Position numbers and translations under genes: made by a program. Below the pieces are notes generated by a model. That model was given only the letters and a program-made list of their open reading frames with translations. It was not told the origin of the DNA and searched no databases. Shown piece after piece: positions 1 through 10,383 of a DNA stretch of 64,000 bases. How positions within the stretch are numbered: position 1 is the first letter of the stretch; the number at the start of each line of letters is the position of its first letter. Source of the stretch: Pristiophorus japonicus. Lineage: Eukaryota. Location of the stretch: contig NC_091982.1 of NCBI RefSeq assembly GCF_044704955.1, positions 36,580,001 through 36,644,000 of the forward strand, read 5' to 3'.

Positions 1-276
1 TGCACTGCTCTTCCTGTTGGTCTTCCATTCCCTATCTGGCTGTGGATCCTTTCCCTGCGGTACGACCAACTCGCTACACGTGATACTCACGTCATTCTCA
101 GCATCGTGGATGCTCCAGAGTGAATCCACCCTCAGCTCCAACTCCGCAACGCGGTCTGTCAGGAGCTGGAGGCGGATACACGTCCCGCACACGTAATCGT
201 CAGGGACACCGGAAGTGTCCCTGAGTTCCCACATGGTACAGGAGGAGCATAACACCCGACCGAGCTCTCCTGCCAT
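1..276 (-). CDS. CR1 ORF1p N-terminus (CxxC...CxxC zinc finger plus coiled coil), partial
   Basis: Manual translation; open from 276 to the window edge. Confidence 0.8.
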   Translation of the reverse strand, partial: MAGELGRVLCSSCTMWELRDTSGVPDDYVCGTCIRLQLLTDRVAELELRVDSLWSIHDAENDVSITCSELVVPQGKDPQPDREWKTNRKSSA

Positions 277-460
277 GACTTAACCCTTATATACACTTAA
301 ATTGGCAACAACAATGTTAAAAGTTACTCACTGATATAGAAGAGAAAAAAGAAAAACAACTCACCAATCACCAGCCAATCACTTACCCTCTTGGCTGTGA
401 CGTCACCTTTTGATTTCTTTCTACTTCTTTTTTGCCTTCTCCCTGTAGCTGCACAAGTAC

Positions 461-672
461 GCCTTTTATAGGCCTCTCCACGCACCTCCTCGACGCTGCT
501 CCCGACTGCCGCCGACACTGGGCCCCGGACTCCCTGCTGTGCCTTTTATAGGCCTCTCCACGCACCTCCTCGACGCTGCTCCCGCCGACGCTGGGCCCCG
601 GACTCCCTGCTGTGCCTTTTATAGGCCTCTCCACGCACCTCCTCGACGCTGCTCCCGACTGCCGCCGACGCT
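461..672 (-). promoter_or_regulatory. ~80-bp GC-rich tandem monomer array (x2.7), each unit with a TATA-like GCCTATAAAAGGC
   Basis: Units at 461-540, 541-613 and 614-672, each starting gccttttataggc on the plus strand. Promoter role is inferred. Confidence 0.7.
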
Positions 673-689
673 ACATACCTGTCTACATA

Positions 690-1380
690 CCTGATATCAA
701 CCGCAATGCCGTCATCCACCCTCTCCGTTTCTTCATCAGAGAACTCGATGAAACACGATTTGTCTTTAACAAATCCATGCTGACTGTCATTTATTAACCC
801 ATATTTTTCCAAGTGACAATTAATTGTGTCTTGGATTATTGTGTCTAAAAGTTCCCCCATCACTGACATTAGGCTGACTGGCATGTAAATGCCAGGTTTA
901 TCCCTCTCCCCTTTTTTGAACAGGGGTGGAGCATTTGCAATCCTCCAGTCCTCAGGTGCCTCTTGCATATCTAAGGAAGATTGGAAGATTGTGGCCAGAG
1001 CCTCTGCTATTTCCAGCCTTACTTCCCTCAGCAACCTAGGATGCATCCCATGGGTGCATTTCGACTTTAAGCACTGCCAACCTTTTAAGTACTTCTTTAT
1101 CTATTTTTATTCTATCCAATTTCTCTACTACCTCCTCCTTTACTGTGACATTGGCAGCATCCTCCTCTTTAGTGAAGACAGGTGTAAAGTACACATTTAG
1201 TACCTCAACCATGCCCCCTGCTTCCACAAGAAGATTTCCTTTTAAGTCTCCAATTGGCCTTGTCCTTTTTAGTATTTATATGTTTATAAAAGACTTTTGG
1301 GTTCACTTTTATGTTTTCCGCTATTCTATTCTCTTATACTCATTTGTGTCTGTGATTCTCCAAATGCGTTTGTATAGCAC
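690..1380 (-). mobile_element. Older CR1 ORF2 fragment (degenerate RT N-terminal region)
   Basis: ORFs 546-1046 and 1036-1227 contain HPRLLREV, EDWRIAN.PLFKKG, PVSL.SV and QHGFVK, with frameshifts. Confidence 0.9.
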
Positions 1381-1398
1381 CTTTTACAACCTCAAGCT

Positions 1399-3210
1399 GT
1401 CCCCTGCAGTCAGAATCAGGGGAAGTCATAACGGGGAACAAAGAAATGGCGGACCAATTGAACAAGTACTTTGGTTCGGTATTCACTGAGGAGGATACAA
1501 ACAACCTTCCGGATATAAAAGGGTTCGGAGGGTTTAGTAAGGAGGAGGAACTGAGGGAAATCCTTATTAGTCGGGAAATTGTGTTGGGGAAATTGATGGG
1601 ATTGAAGGCCGATAAATCCCCAGGGCCTGATGGACTGCATCCCAGAGTACTTAAGGAGGTGGCCTTGGAAATAGTGGATGCATTGACAGTCATTTTCCAA
1701 CATTCCATTGACTCTGGATCAGTTCCTATGGAGTGGAGGGTAGCCAATGTAACCCCACTTTTTAAAAAAGGAGGGAGAGAGAAAACAGGGAATTATAGAC
1801 CGGTCAGCCTGACATCGGTAGTGGGTAAAATGATGGAATCAATTATTAAGGATGTCATAGCAGTGCATTTGGAAAGAGGTAATATGATGGGTCCAAGTCA
1901 GCATGGATTTGTGAAAGGGAAATCATGCTTGACAAATCTTCTGGAATTTTTTGAGGATGTTTCCAGTAGAGTGGACAAGGGAGAACCAGTTGATGTGGTA
2001 TATTTGGACTTTCAGAAGGCTTTCGACAAGGTCCCACACAAGAGATTAATGTGCAAAGTTAAAGCACATGGGATTGGGGGTAGTGTGCTGACATGGATTG
2101 AGAACTGGTTGTCAGACAGGAAGCAAAGAGTAGGAGTAAATGGGGACTTTTCAGAATGGCAGGCAGTGACTAGTGGGGTACCGCAAGGTTCTGTGCTGGG
2201 GCCCCAGCTGTTTACACTGTACATTAATGATTTAGACGAGGGGATTAAATGTAGTATCTCCAAATTTGCGGATGACACTAAGTTGGGTGGCAGTGCGAGC
2301 TGCGAGGAGGATGCTATGAGGCTGCAGAGCGACTTGGATAGGTTAGGTGAGTGGGCAAATGCATGGCAGATGAAGTATAATGTGGATAAATGTGAGGTTA
2401 TCCACTTTGGTGGTAAAAACAGAGAGACAGACTATTATCTGAATGGTGACAGATTAGGAAAAGGGGAGGTGCAACAAGACCTGGGTGTCATGGTACATCA
2501 GTCATTGAAGGTTGGCATGCAGGTACAGCAGGCGGTTAAGAAAGCAAATGGCATGTTGGCCTTCATAGCGAGGGGATTTGAATACAGGGGCAGGGAGGTG
2601 TTGCTACAATTGTTCAGGGCCTTGGTGAGGCCACACCTGGAGTATTGTGTTCAGTTTTGGTCTCCTAACCTGAGGAAGGACATTCTTGCTATTGAGGGAG
2701 TGCAGCGAAGGTTCACCAGACTGATTCCCGGGATGGCGGGACTGAACTATCAAGAAAGACTGGATCAACTGGGCTTGTATTCACTGGAGTTCAGAAGAAT
2801 GAGAGGGGACCTCATAGAAACGTTTAAAATTCTGACGGGGTTAGACAGGTTAGATGCAGGAAGAATGTTCCCAATGTTGGGGAAGTCCAGAACCAGGGGA
2901 CACAGTCAAAGGATAAGGGGGATGCCATTTAGGACCGAGATGAGGAGGAATTTCTTCACCCAGAGAGTGGTGAACCTGTGGAATTCTCTACCACAGAAAG
3001 TTGTTGAGGCCAATTCACTAAATATATTCAAAAAGGAGTTAGATAAAGTCCTTACTACTAGGGGAATCAAGGGGTATGGTGAGAAAGCAGGAATGGGGTA
3101 CTGAAGTTGCATGTTCAGCCATGAACTCATTGAATGGCGGTGCAGGCTAGAAGGGCCGAATGGCCTACTCCTGCACCTATTTTCTATGTTTCTATGTTTC
3201 TATGTTTCTA
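1399..3210 (+). mobile_element. Young 5'-truncated CR1 LINE with (TTTCTATG)n tail
   Basis: Uninterrupted RT ORF, 3'UTR and tail at ~3178-3210; near-identical to the 53.4-57.5 kb copy. Confidence 0.97.
1446..3104 (+). CDS. CR1 ORF2 reverse transcriptase portion, open but 5'-truncated (no endonuclease)
   Basis: 552 aa with KSPGPDG, YRPVSLTS, YLDFQKAFDKV, GVPQGSVLGP and KFADD motifs. Confidence 0.92.
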   Translation: MADQLNKYFGSVFTEEDTNNLPDIKGFGGFSKEEELREILISREIVLGKLMGLKADKSPGPDGLHPRVLKEVALEIVDALTVIFQHSIDSGSVPMEWRVANVTPLFKKGGREKTGNYRPVSLTSVVGKMMESIIKDVIAVHLERGNMMGPSQHGFVKGKSCLTNLLEFFEDVSSRVDKGEPVDVVYLDFQKAFDKVPHKRLMCKVKAHGIGGSVLTWIENWLSDRKQRVGVNGDFSEWQAVTSGVPQGSVLGPQLFTLYINDLDEGIKCSISKFADDTKLGGSASCEEDAMRLQSDLDRLGEWANAWQMKYNVDKCEVIHFGGKNRETDYYLNGDRLGKGEVQQDLGVMVHQSLKVGMQVQQAVKKANGMLAFIARGFEYRGREVLLQLFRALVRPHLEYCVQFWSPNLRKDILAIEGVQRRFTRLIPGMAGLNYQERLDQLGLYSLEFRRMRGDLIETFKILTGLDRLDAGRMFPMLGKSRTRGHSQRIRGMPFRTEMRRNFFTQRVVNLWNSLPQKVVEANSLNIFKKELDKVLTTRGIKGYGEKAGMGY

Positions 3211-3385
3211 AATTGCTTCACAGCCAATGAAATACTTCTGAAGTGTAGTCACAGTTGTAATGTAGGAAACGCGGCAGCAATGCGATAATGACCAGATAAT
3301 CTGTTTTTTAGTAGTGTTGTTGAAGTAATAATTATTAGCCAGGATATCAGAGAGAATTACCCTGCTCTTCTTCAAATAATGCATA
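3210..3385 (-). mobile_element. Deu-type SINE fragment
   Basis: Matches part of the SINE at 8358-8826 (gttgtaatgtaggaaa...aatgaccagataatctgttttt). Confidence 0.7.
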
Positions 3386-3954
3386 GGATTGATACATTTG
3401 CAATATGTATTGTATATGGTATATTATACCTGAACTGTCTTCAGAAGTTAGTATTTATTTTGTAACTTTCAGAAAAGTATTCCTCTATAAGTCTCCCAAA
3501 TAGTTGCTAAGCTTTCATGGTGATTATGTGAAGATAATATTAGAACAGCCCAGTGCAACAGCTATGCCTCTTTTCTGGCTCAATTGAAATGTTCGGGACA
3601 GTGTGGAATGTCATTCCATTAAAGTTCTGCCAACCTAGTCCCTGAGGGAATAACTACCGATATAAAGATAGCATTCAGAGAATCCAGTAGCTACATAGTA
3701 TCAATAGAATTCTGTGGAGGACTAATGTGATGGCAACAATTAGCAGGTTGTGTTACATGATGTGACAGAGCAGGGCACCATAGAGCTGTTTAAAAACCTC
3801 CAGGTGGTTATTTCGAAGCTTTCCTTACAGCGATCATCAGCTTCTGATGACACTTAGTATTCACTAGTCTTTATCACCCTTGAGTCTGAGGGTACCACAC
3901 TCTATTAGTTGTGCTGGCACAATTGGGAACAGACCATATTGCTAAAATGCTGTG

Positions 3955-4263
3955 CCCATTGGCAGAAGGGTCGAGAACCAGAGGACACAGATTTAAGGTG
4001 ATTGACAAAAGAACCAAAGGTGACATAAGAAAACACTTTTTTTACACAGCGAGTGGTTAGTATCTGGAATGCACTCCTTGAAAGGCAGACTCAATCACGG
4101 CTTTCAAAAGGGAGCTGAATAAGTACCTGAAAGAAATTTTTTTGCAGGGCTGCAGTGAAAGGGTGAGGGAGTGGGTCTAGCTGAGATGCTCTTGCAGAGA
4201 GCCGGCACGGGCTCGACGGGCCGAATGGCCTTCTTCCATGCTGTAACCATTCTATGATTCTAT
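3955..4263 (+). mobile_element. CR1 3' end, second subfamily, (ATTCTATG)n tail
   Basis: RTRGH / FFTQRVV.IWNAL-like end followed by the tail. Confidence 0.85.
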
Positions 4264-5204
4264 GCTTGTTCGTCTCTCACCTATCTTGCCTAGTTTGTCT
4301 TTTATTTTCTGTCCATCTTTGTGCCACCCTATGGTGAGCAGTATTCCTTGACCAAGAGAGTGAGCGTGTGCCCCATTTTTTATTCTAGTGCTGTCTCTAA
4401 TGGGAAATGGCTTCATTTATTTACAGTGTCATTTGTTCTCAGTTGTGTTGTTATCTCCACAGGCTATGAAAGACATTTCTTACAAATAACATTGATGTGT
4501 ACAATCAGATTTTGGATCCTGGGGAGATTACAAATATCCGCACACATTAATTAACATGAATGTTTCAAGTCACACTTTGGGAATTGCTATTCTCCAGGCA
4601 TGGGGCAGAGTAAAATTGGGTAGAGATCCATTATGCAGCTCTTCGCCCCCAGGGATTTGTTGAGGGTTCCTTGGGATATGTAATTTGACCTGTACCTGTA
4701 GTAGTCACAGGCTTAAAATAACTATGGTAATGAGGGAGGAGGGTGCATTCTTGGCCTGCCACCTCATCTTCTTTGACTTTTGACCAATCCAGTGCAGAGA
4801 CACCTGTCAGAACTTGGCACTGTGGCCTGCTCCTGGACCCTCACGAACTAGAGGGTCATCAGGGGTCGTGGGGACAGGCTGCAGAATGCAGGGTTACAGA
4901 TCACTAATTTATGTGCCCCTCCATCGCCCAACCCCCCCCCCCTTTCAGGAATATCCGAACCACCCGCAGCAGTATAAAAGGCCCCAATTTCAGAGATTTG
5001 ATGTGCCGATGCAGGTTTGCACTTATTTTTGCTCCGATTTTTTAGACCTTAGGCCCAGCCTGCTACCCCATTCTAATAGCTCGTGGGTGTGGGGGGTGGG
5101 GGCACAGGCACAGTTCACCTCAGGATCACTGTGCCTATTGCATGCCAACTGCCACCTGTTGGACTGCTTTCTTGCTTTTTTTCATTTTGTTGCATTAAAC
5201 ATCA

Positions 5205-6201
5205 GATTACACTGTTTACACTGTACATTAATGATTTAGACGAGGGGATTAAATGTAGTATCTCCAAATTTGCGGATGACACTAAGTTGGGTGGCAGTGT
5301 GAGCTGCGAGGAGGATGCTATGAGGCTGCAGAGCGACTTGGATAGGTTAGGTGAGTGGGCAAATGCATGGCAGATGAAGTATAATGTGAATAAATGTGAG
5401 GTTATCCATTTTGGTGGTAAAAACAGAGAGACAGACTATTATCTGAATGGTGACAGATTAGGAAAAGGGGAGGCGCAACAAGACCTGGGTGTCATGGTAC
5501 ATCAGTCATTGAAGGTTGGCATGCAGGTACAGCAGGCGGTTAAGAAAGCAAATGGCATGTTGGCCTTCATAGCGAGGGGATTTGAGTACAGGGGCAGGGA
5601 GGTGTTGCTACAGTTGTACAGGGCCTTGGTGAGGCCACACCTGGAGTATTGTTTACAGTTTTGGTCTCCTAACCTGAGGAAGGACATTCTTGCTATTGAG
5701 GGAGTGCAGCGAAGGTTCACCAGACTGGTTCCCGGGATGGCGGGACTGACCTATCAAGAAAGACTGGATCAACTGGGCTTGTATTCACTGGAGTTCAGAA
5801 GAATGAGAGGGGACCTCATAGAAACGTTTAAAATTCTGATGGGTTTAGACAGGTTAGATGCAGGAAGAATGTTTCTAATGTTGGGGAAGTCCAGAACCAG
5901 GGGACACAGTCCAAGGATAAGGGGTAAGCCATTTAGGACCGAGATGAGGAGAAACTTCTTCACCCAGAGAGTGGTGAACCTGTGGAATTCTCTACCACAG
6001 AAAGTTGTTGAGGCCAATTCACTAAATATATTCAAAAAGGAGTTAGATGAAGTCCTTACTACTAGGGGGATCAAGGGGTATGGCGAGAAAGCAGGAATGG
6101 GGTACTGAAGATGCATGTTCAGCCATGAACTCATTGAATGGCGGTGCAGGCTCGAAGGGCCGAATGGCCTACTCCTGCACCTATTTTCTATGTTTCTATG
6201 T
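5205..6201 (+). mobile_element. Young 5'-truncated CR1 LINE
   Basis: C-terminal ~300 aa of RT in ORF 5083-6108, near-identical to 1446-3104; TTTCTATG tail. Confidence 0.96.
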
Positions 6202-6800
6202 TACACACACTCAGTTGTAGTAATGGCAGGATCAGATCTTTATTTAAGCCTCATACCACACAAAAACCAGTGTGAAAGTTACTGAGACATGAACCCCAAA
6301 GTTACTGAGTCATGTACTGCTAAAACAGTGTTCACTCACATCTCTTGTACAAAATTTTGCCTTTGAACACTACATTACATGCATACTATCAATAAATCAT
6401 GGTGCATCAAAGGTACATACAAATACTAACAGAATGACAATGTAAACTAAACAAACAGCCACTCAGCCTCCTGAAAACAGGCAATCGACTCTTGCCAGGC
6501 ATTCTATTAATATAACACACATGTGACCAAATTGACACATTCGAATATGGTTGAATAAATTTCACACCTTCTAGTATCTTCTTTCCTGTGAAGACATCCT
6601 CTGCTTTGATCTCGTACCCAATTTACAACCCATGCTCATCGGAAAGCTGCTTGAACTTTTAATCCTTCATGTGTCATCTCACAGACTGCGCAGAGAGCAA
6701 GGTATTCAGGTAATACAGACTTTTGCTCCCACAGCACCCAGAGAAGAAAATCTACCTTCACAAGATTCTACACAAAGGCTGTACCCAGAGCTGGAACAAT
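6199..6800 (-). mobile_element. Possible old LTR retrotransposon 3' end (LTR-like 6199-6379)
   Basis: TG...CA bounded segment with a minus-strand AATAAA; adjacent sequence encodes QERRY, like a Gypsy pol C-terminus. Weak. Confidence 0.3.
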
Positions 6801-6929
6801 GCCCCTGGGGCCTCACATTAAATTGCTCACTCATGTGAGTTCAAAGTCATTGTGGAAATTGGAAGGCAATGCACAACTACTCTCCTCCCAAATTTTGTGG
6901 GTTTGTTACACAGATCACGCTTGAAAAGT

Positions 6930-7270
6930 TACATAGAATATACAGCACAGAAACAGGCCATTCGGCCCAACTAATCAGTGCTGGTGTTTATACTCCACCT
7001 ATACTCCCCCCATTCCATGTACCTCGTCTTAGCCTTTCAGAGTATCTTTCTAATCCATTTTCTCTCATGCACTTGTCTAGTTTCCTTTCAAAAGCGTTAA
7101 AGCTATTTGCCTCAACCACTTTCTGTGGTAGCGAGCTCCCCATTCTAACCACTCACTGTGTAAAGAAATTTCTCCTTATTTCCCTATTGGATTTATGAGT
7201 AACTATCTTGTATTTATGGCCCATGCTCTTGGACTCACCCACATGGAAACATTCTCTCCACGTCATGATC
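6930..7270 (-). mobile_element. Old CR1 3' end
   Basis: Reverse complement encodes RRNFFTQ.VVRM..SLPQKVVEA, followed by a CR1-type 3' hairpin and tail. Confidence 0.8.
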
Positions 7271-8357
7271 CTAAACTCAATTGGCATTAGATCAGCTTGG
7301 TTTTTTTAGTCCCTTACAGCATCGAATGATATCAGGCGTCCGATCTAAGTGCAGGAAATGAATTAATGTCAAATGTCACTTAGGTTCGCAAAGGTTCCGC
7401 CATAACTACAACAACCACTTAGGGCCAGTTGCAAGATCACCAATATTAAGCTAAGTCAATTAATGGAAGAGTAAAGCACCCATGCCCCTTTGAACCATTT
7501 CTATAGAAGATGTTGTTGTTACTGGATAGATAGTGGATAAAATATGACAACACATGCATCTAGCAGGCTGGTTGACTCTCCGACATAAAAGCGTGCTGCA
7601 TTCCAACTCACACTCACAGTTCTTTCTCATTACTGAAACGGTTGTCAGCTGTTATCCACATGCTTTACCATAAATTACATTGCTCTGTGTCCAATTGCCG
7701 ATTATTATTTTCATGCACTTTACTGTGTATGGAAACATTTTTCTGCTCTCCTCTTCTCAAAGTGTTGGCTGCTTGCTGGAATGGTTCCACCGGGCGCAGG
7801 TAATCCTCCAATACCTCACTCAAATTGCTATTATTCACATGTGAGCATCTGCACGTCAGTAGACTATTCAATCCTGTTCTTTCAGCAAGGGTTGCTGGAC
7901 AGCAATTGGGAGCATGATTTTCCTCTACATAATCCTGATACAGTGAAACCAATCATAGCCTGCCTATCCCCACTGCAACTGGGATGAGCAAACTCAGCAT
8001 AGGCCAGGAATCATATTTGGAGCCTTCCTGTTCTGTATGATACAACCATGGACCAATTTCTGCTAACAGGTCTACAGCATGTCAGGTGTCGACACCCCCA
8101 TAGTTGAATAATTTGCTACACTCACTGCCAAAACCAGCAGATGAATAAGGACCATTTGGACAAGATGGATAGCTGGCCTCCATGGAACTGTACCATAGCA
8201 AATAAGGAGGGAGAAAATTGTTACAAATAATTTTAGTGTTTTCCAAGTTTTAATTTTTGTTTACGAATGCCCCCCTCCCCCTAATTATTCAGTGATCCCA
8301 GCTGGAAAAAGGTTGTGGACATATGAGCACAGTATTGGGCTCAATTTTGATACCCCC

Positions 8358-8826
8358 AAAGAAAGAAAGACTGGTATTTCTATAGCGTCCTTCACAACCT
8401 CAGGTCATCCCAAAGCACTTTACAGCCCATTAAGTACTTTTGGAGTGTAGTGACTGTTGTAATGTAGGAAATGCAGCGACCAATTTGCGCACAGCAAGTT
8501 CCCACAAACAGCAATAGGATAATGACCAGATAATCTGTTTTTTAAGTGATATTGATTGAGGGATAAATATTGTCCAGAACACCAGGGATAACTCTCCTGC
8601 TTTTCTTTGAAATAGTACCATGGGATCTTTGACATCACTTGAGTGAGGAGAAGGGGCCTTGGTTTAACATCGTATCCAAAAGATGACACCTCTGACAGTG
8701 CAGCACTCCTTCATTACTACACTGGAGTATCAAGCCTATATTTTTGTGTTCAAGTCTCTGGTGTGGGAATTGAACACATAATCTTCTGGCTCCAAGGTGA
8801 GAGTGCTACCCACTGAACCATTGGAC
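8358..8826 (-). mobile_element. tRNA-derived Deu-type SINE with L2-like tail (SacSINE-like)
   Basis: Minus-strand head with A/B-box-like tggttcagtggg...gttcaattcc, central domain, tail gctatagaaat...(TTTC)n. Confidence 0.8.
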
Positions 8827-9027
8827 ACAGTTGAATAGATTGCCAAAAGTCACCAGCTAGATTCACACACAAAGACTAGCCACTTGGTATCAGAGGGTGG
8901 CTGGCACCTCTGGAACTGTACCACTGCCAGGGACTGAGCCTTTTAAGGGGAGAGGCGAAAACTGAAAACAAATAAAGGTTTTATACATGCAATCATCTTT
9001 ATAGGTTTATCGGTCAAGTGGTAAATG

Positions 9028-9448
9028 TCAGTTTGGCTCAGTTGGCTGCACTCTTGCCCGAGTCAGAAAGTGTGGGTTTAAGCCCAACTCTGGTACTTTA
9101 GCATATCATCTCACAATTCAGTGCATTGTTGGAAGTGCCCTCTTTCAGAAGAGATGTTAAATTGAGACCCCAAATGCCTGTTCTGGTAATTCAAGTGTAT
9201 GTTAAAGATCGTTTGGTGCTCGTTGAAAAAGAACAATGTGCTGTCCAAAATTCCTCCCTCAACTAACACCATCAAAACAGATTATCTAATCATTCATTTC
9301 ATTGCTATTTGTGAAATCTTGCTATGCACAATATGGCTGCTATGTTTAACCACATGATAGTAATTGCATAAGTAATTCATTGTGTATGATATGTCTTGGC
9401 ATGTTTCTGAAAGATCTGATAATGGTGCGATATAACTCCTTTCTTTAA
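9028..9448 (+). mobile_element. Older Deu-type tRNA SINE
   Basis: Head tggctcagttgg...ggtttaagccc; collinear with the 8358-8826 copy. Confidence 0.7.
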
Positions 9449-10127
9449 TCACGAGATAGACTCATATTGCTGCAAACGCTAGAACTGAGGGGCATAGGTT
9501 TCAGCTTAGGAGAAGGAAAATAGAAAAACAGATAGATGTCATTACTTTATACAGAAGGTGGTGAACAGACTGCCCAAGGAGGTAAGTAGTGTGAAAACAA
9601 TTCAGGTATATTTGGATAGATATTAGAGGGATTGGCTGATTGAGGTGTATTTGCTTTTAGGACTGGATAAATGGACTGCAGTGTCTTTCCTGGTCTTGTA
9701 CTTTCCAACTGTTCCAAACACCTCTGTGCTGTACTTTTTCTGTCCTTTGGATTAGCATTGCAAATCAAAACTCTGAGGTTTCTACCATTGACTGAAAGAT
9801 ATCATATGCCAAATTTAAAACATGTGTCTGAGTAACTAGGTAAAGGGGTTTATTTTCCTGCATTAATAGCCTACAATGTGTTACACTAGCACAGATTATA
9901 GCATTCTTGTCACTAGTTTAGAAAGTTCGGCCCCCATTCTTGGATGTGCAGATATAACTTTGGCTGTCAATTCTGTGCAGTACTGAGGGAATCTTACATT
10001 GCTGGAGGTGGAATTATTTGGCTGCAACATGAAACCAATGTCCTGACTGCCTGCAGCAGTGGTTCAGATGGATGATGAAGATCCCATGGAATTATTTGAA
10101 CCAGTACAAAGAGTTCTTTCATCAGCG

Positions 10128-10257
10128 AAAGCAAAAAACTGCAGATGCTGGAAGTCTGAAATAAAAACAAAAAATACTGGAAATACTCAGCAGGTCAGGC
10201 AGTATCTGTGGGGAGAGAAACACAATTAACGTTTCAGGTTGATGACCTTACATCGGA
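10128..10257 (-). mobile_element. Penelope-like terminal repeat fragment
   Basis: Reverse complement matches 61838-61920, which follows the GIY-YIG ORF; degenerate hammerhead-like core. Confidence 0.7.
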
Positions 10258-10383
10258 ACAAGGTTTGTCATCATCTGAACCAAACTGTTTTCAACCTTGG
10301 TGTAATATTTGACCCTAAAATGAGTTTTAATGGTGGGAGACTGGTGGAGCTCTGGAGAGAGGGAGCAGAGGAATTGCATGGAA

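Larger units (their letters stand above)
1..672 (-). mobile_element. 5' end of a CR1 LINE running out of the window: tandem monomers, 5'UTR and ORF1 start
   Basis: Minus-strand ATG at 276 gives MAGELGRVLCSSC...DYVCGTCIRLQLLTDRVAELELRVDSLWSIHDAEND, nearly the same as the ORF1 at 53.6 kb. Tandem monomers lie at 461-672. Confidence 0.9.

Noticed and set aside
461-672. Repeat arrays here and at 53424 as possible CRISPR arrays
   Set aside because: Head-to-tail tandem units without unique spacers, no cas genes, eukaryotic LINE context.
5083-5210. Novel N-terminus on the 341-aa RT ORF
   Set aside because: Chance in-frame flank upstream of a 5'-truncated CR1; the ORF has no ATG start there.
6255-6275. 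ACAAAAACC resembling a V(D)J RSS nonamer
   Set aside because: No heptamer at 12/23-bp spacing and no Ig/TCR segment nearby.
8760-8826. tRNA-like sequences here and at 9030, 15876, 22010 and 41035
   Set aside because: SINE heads continuous with SINE bodies; no intact cloverleaf seen.
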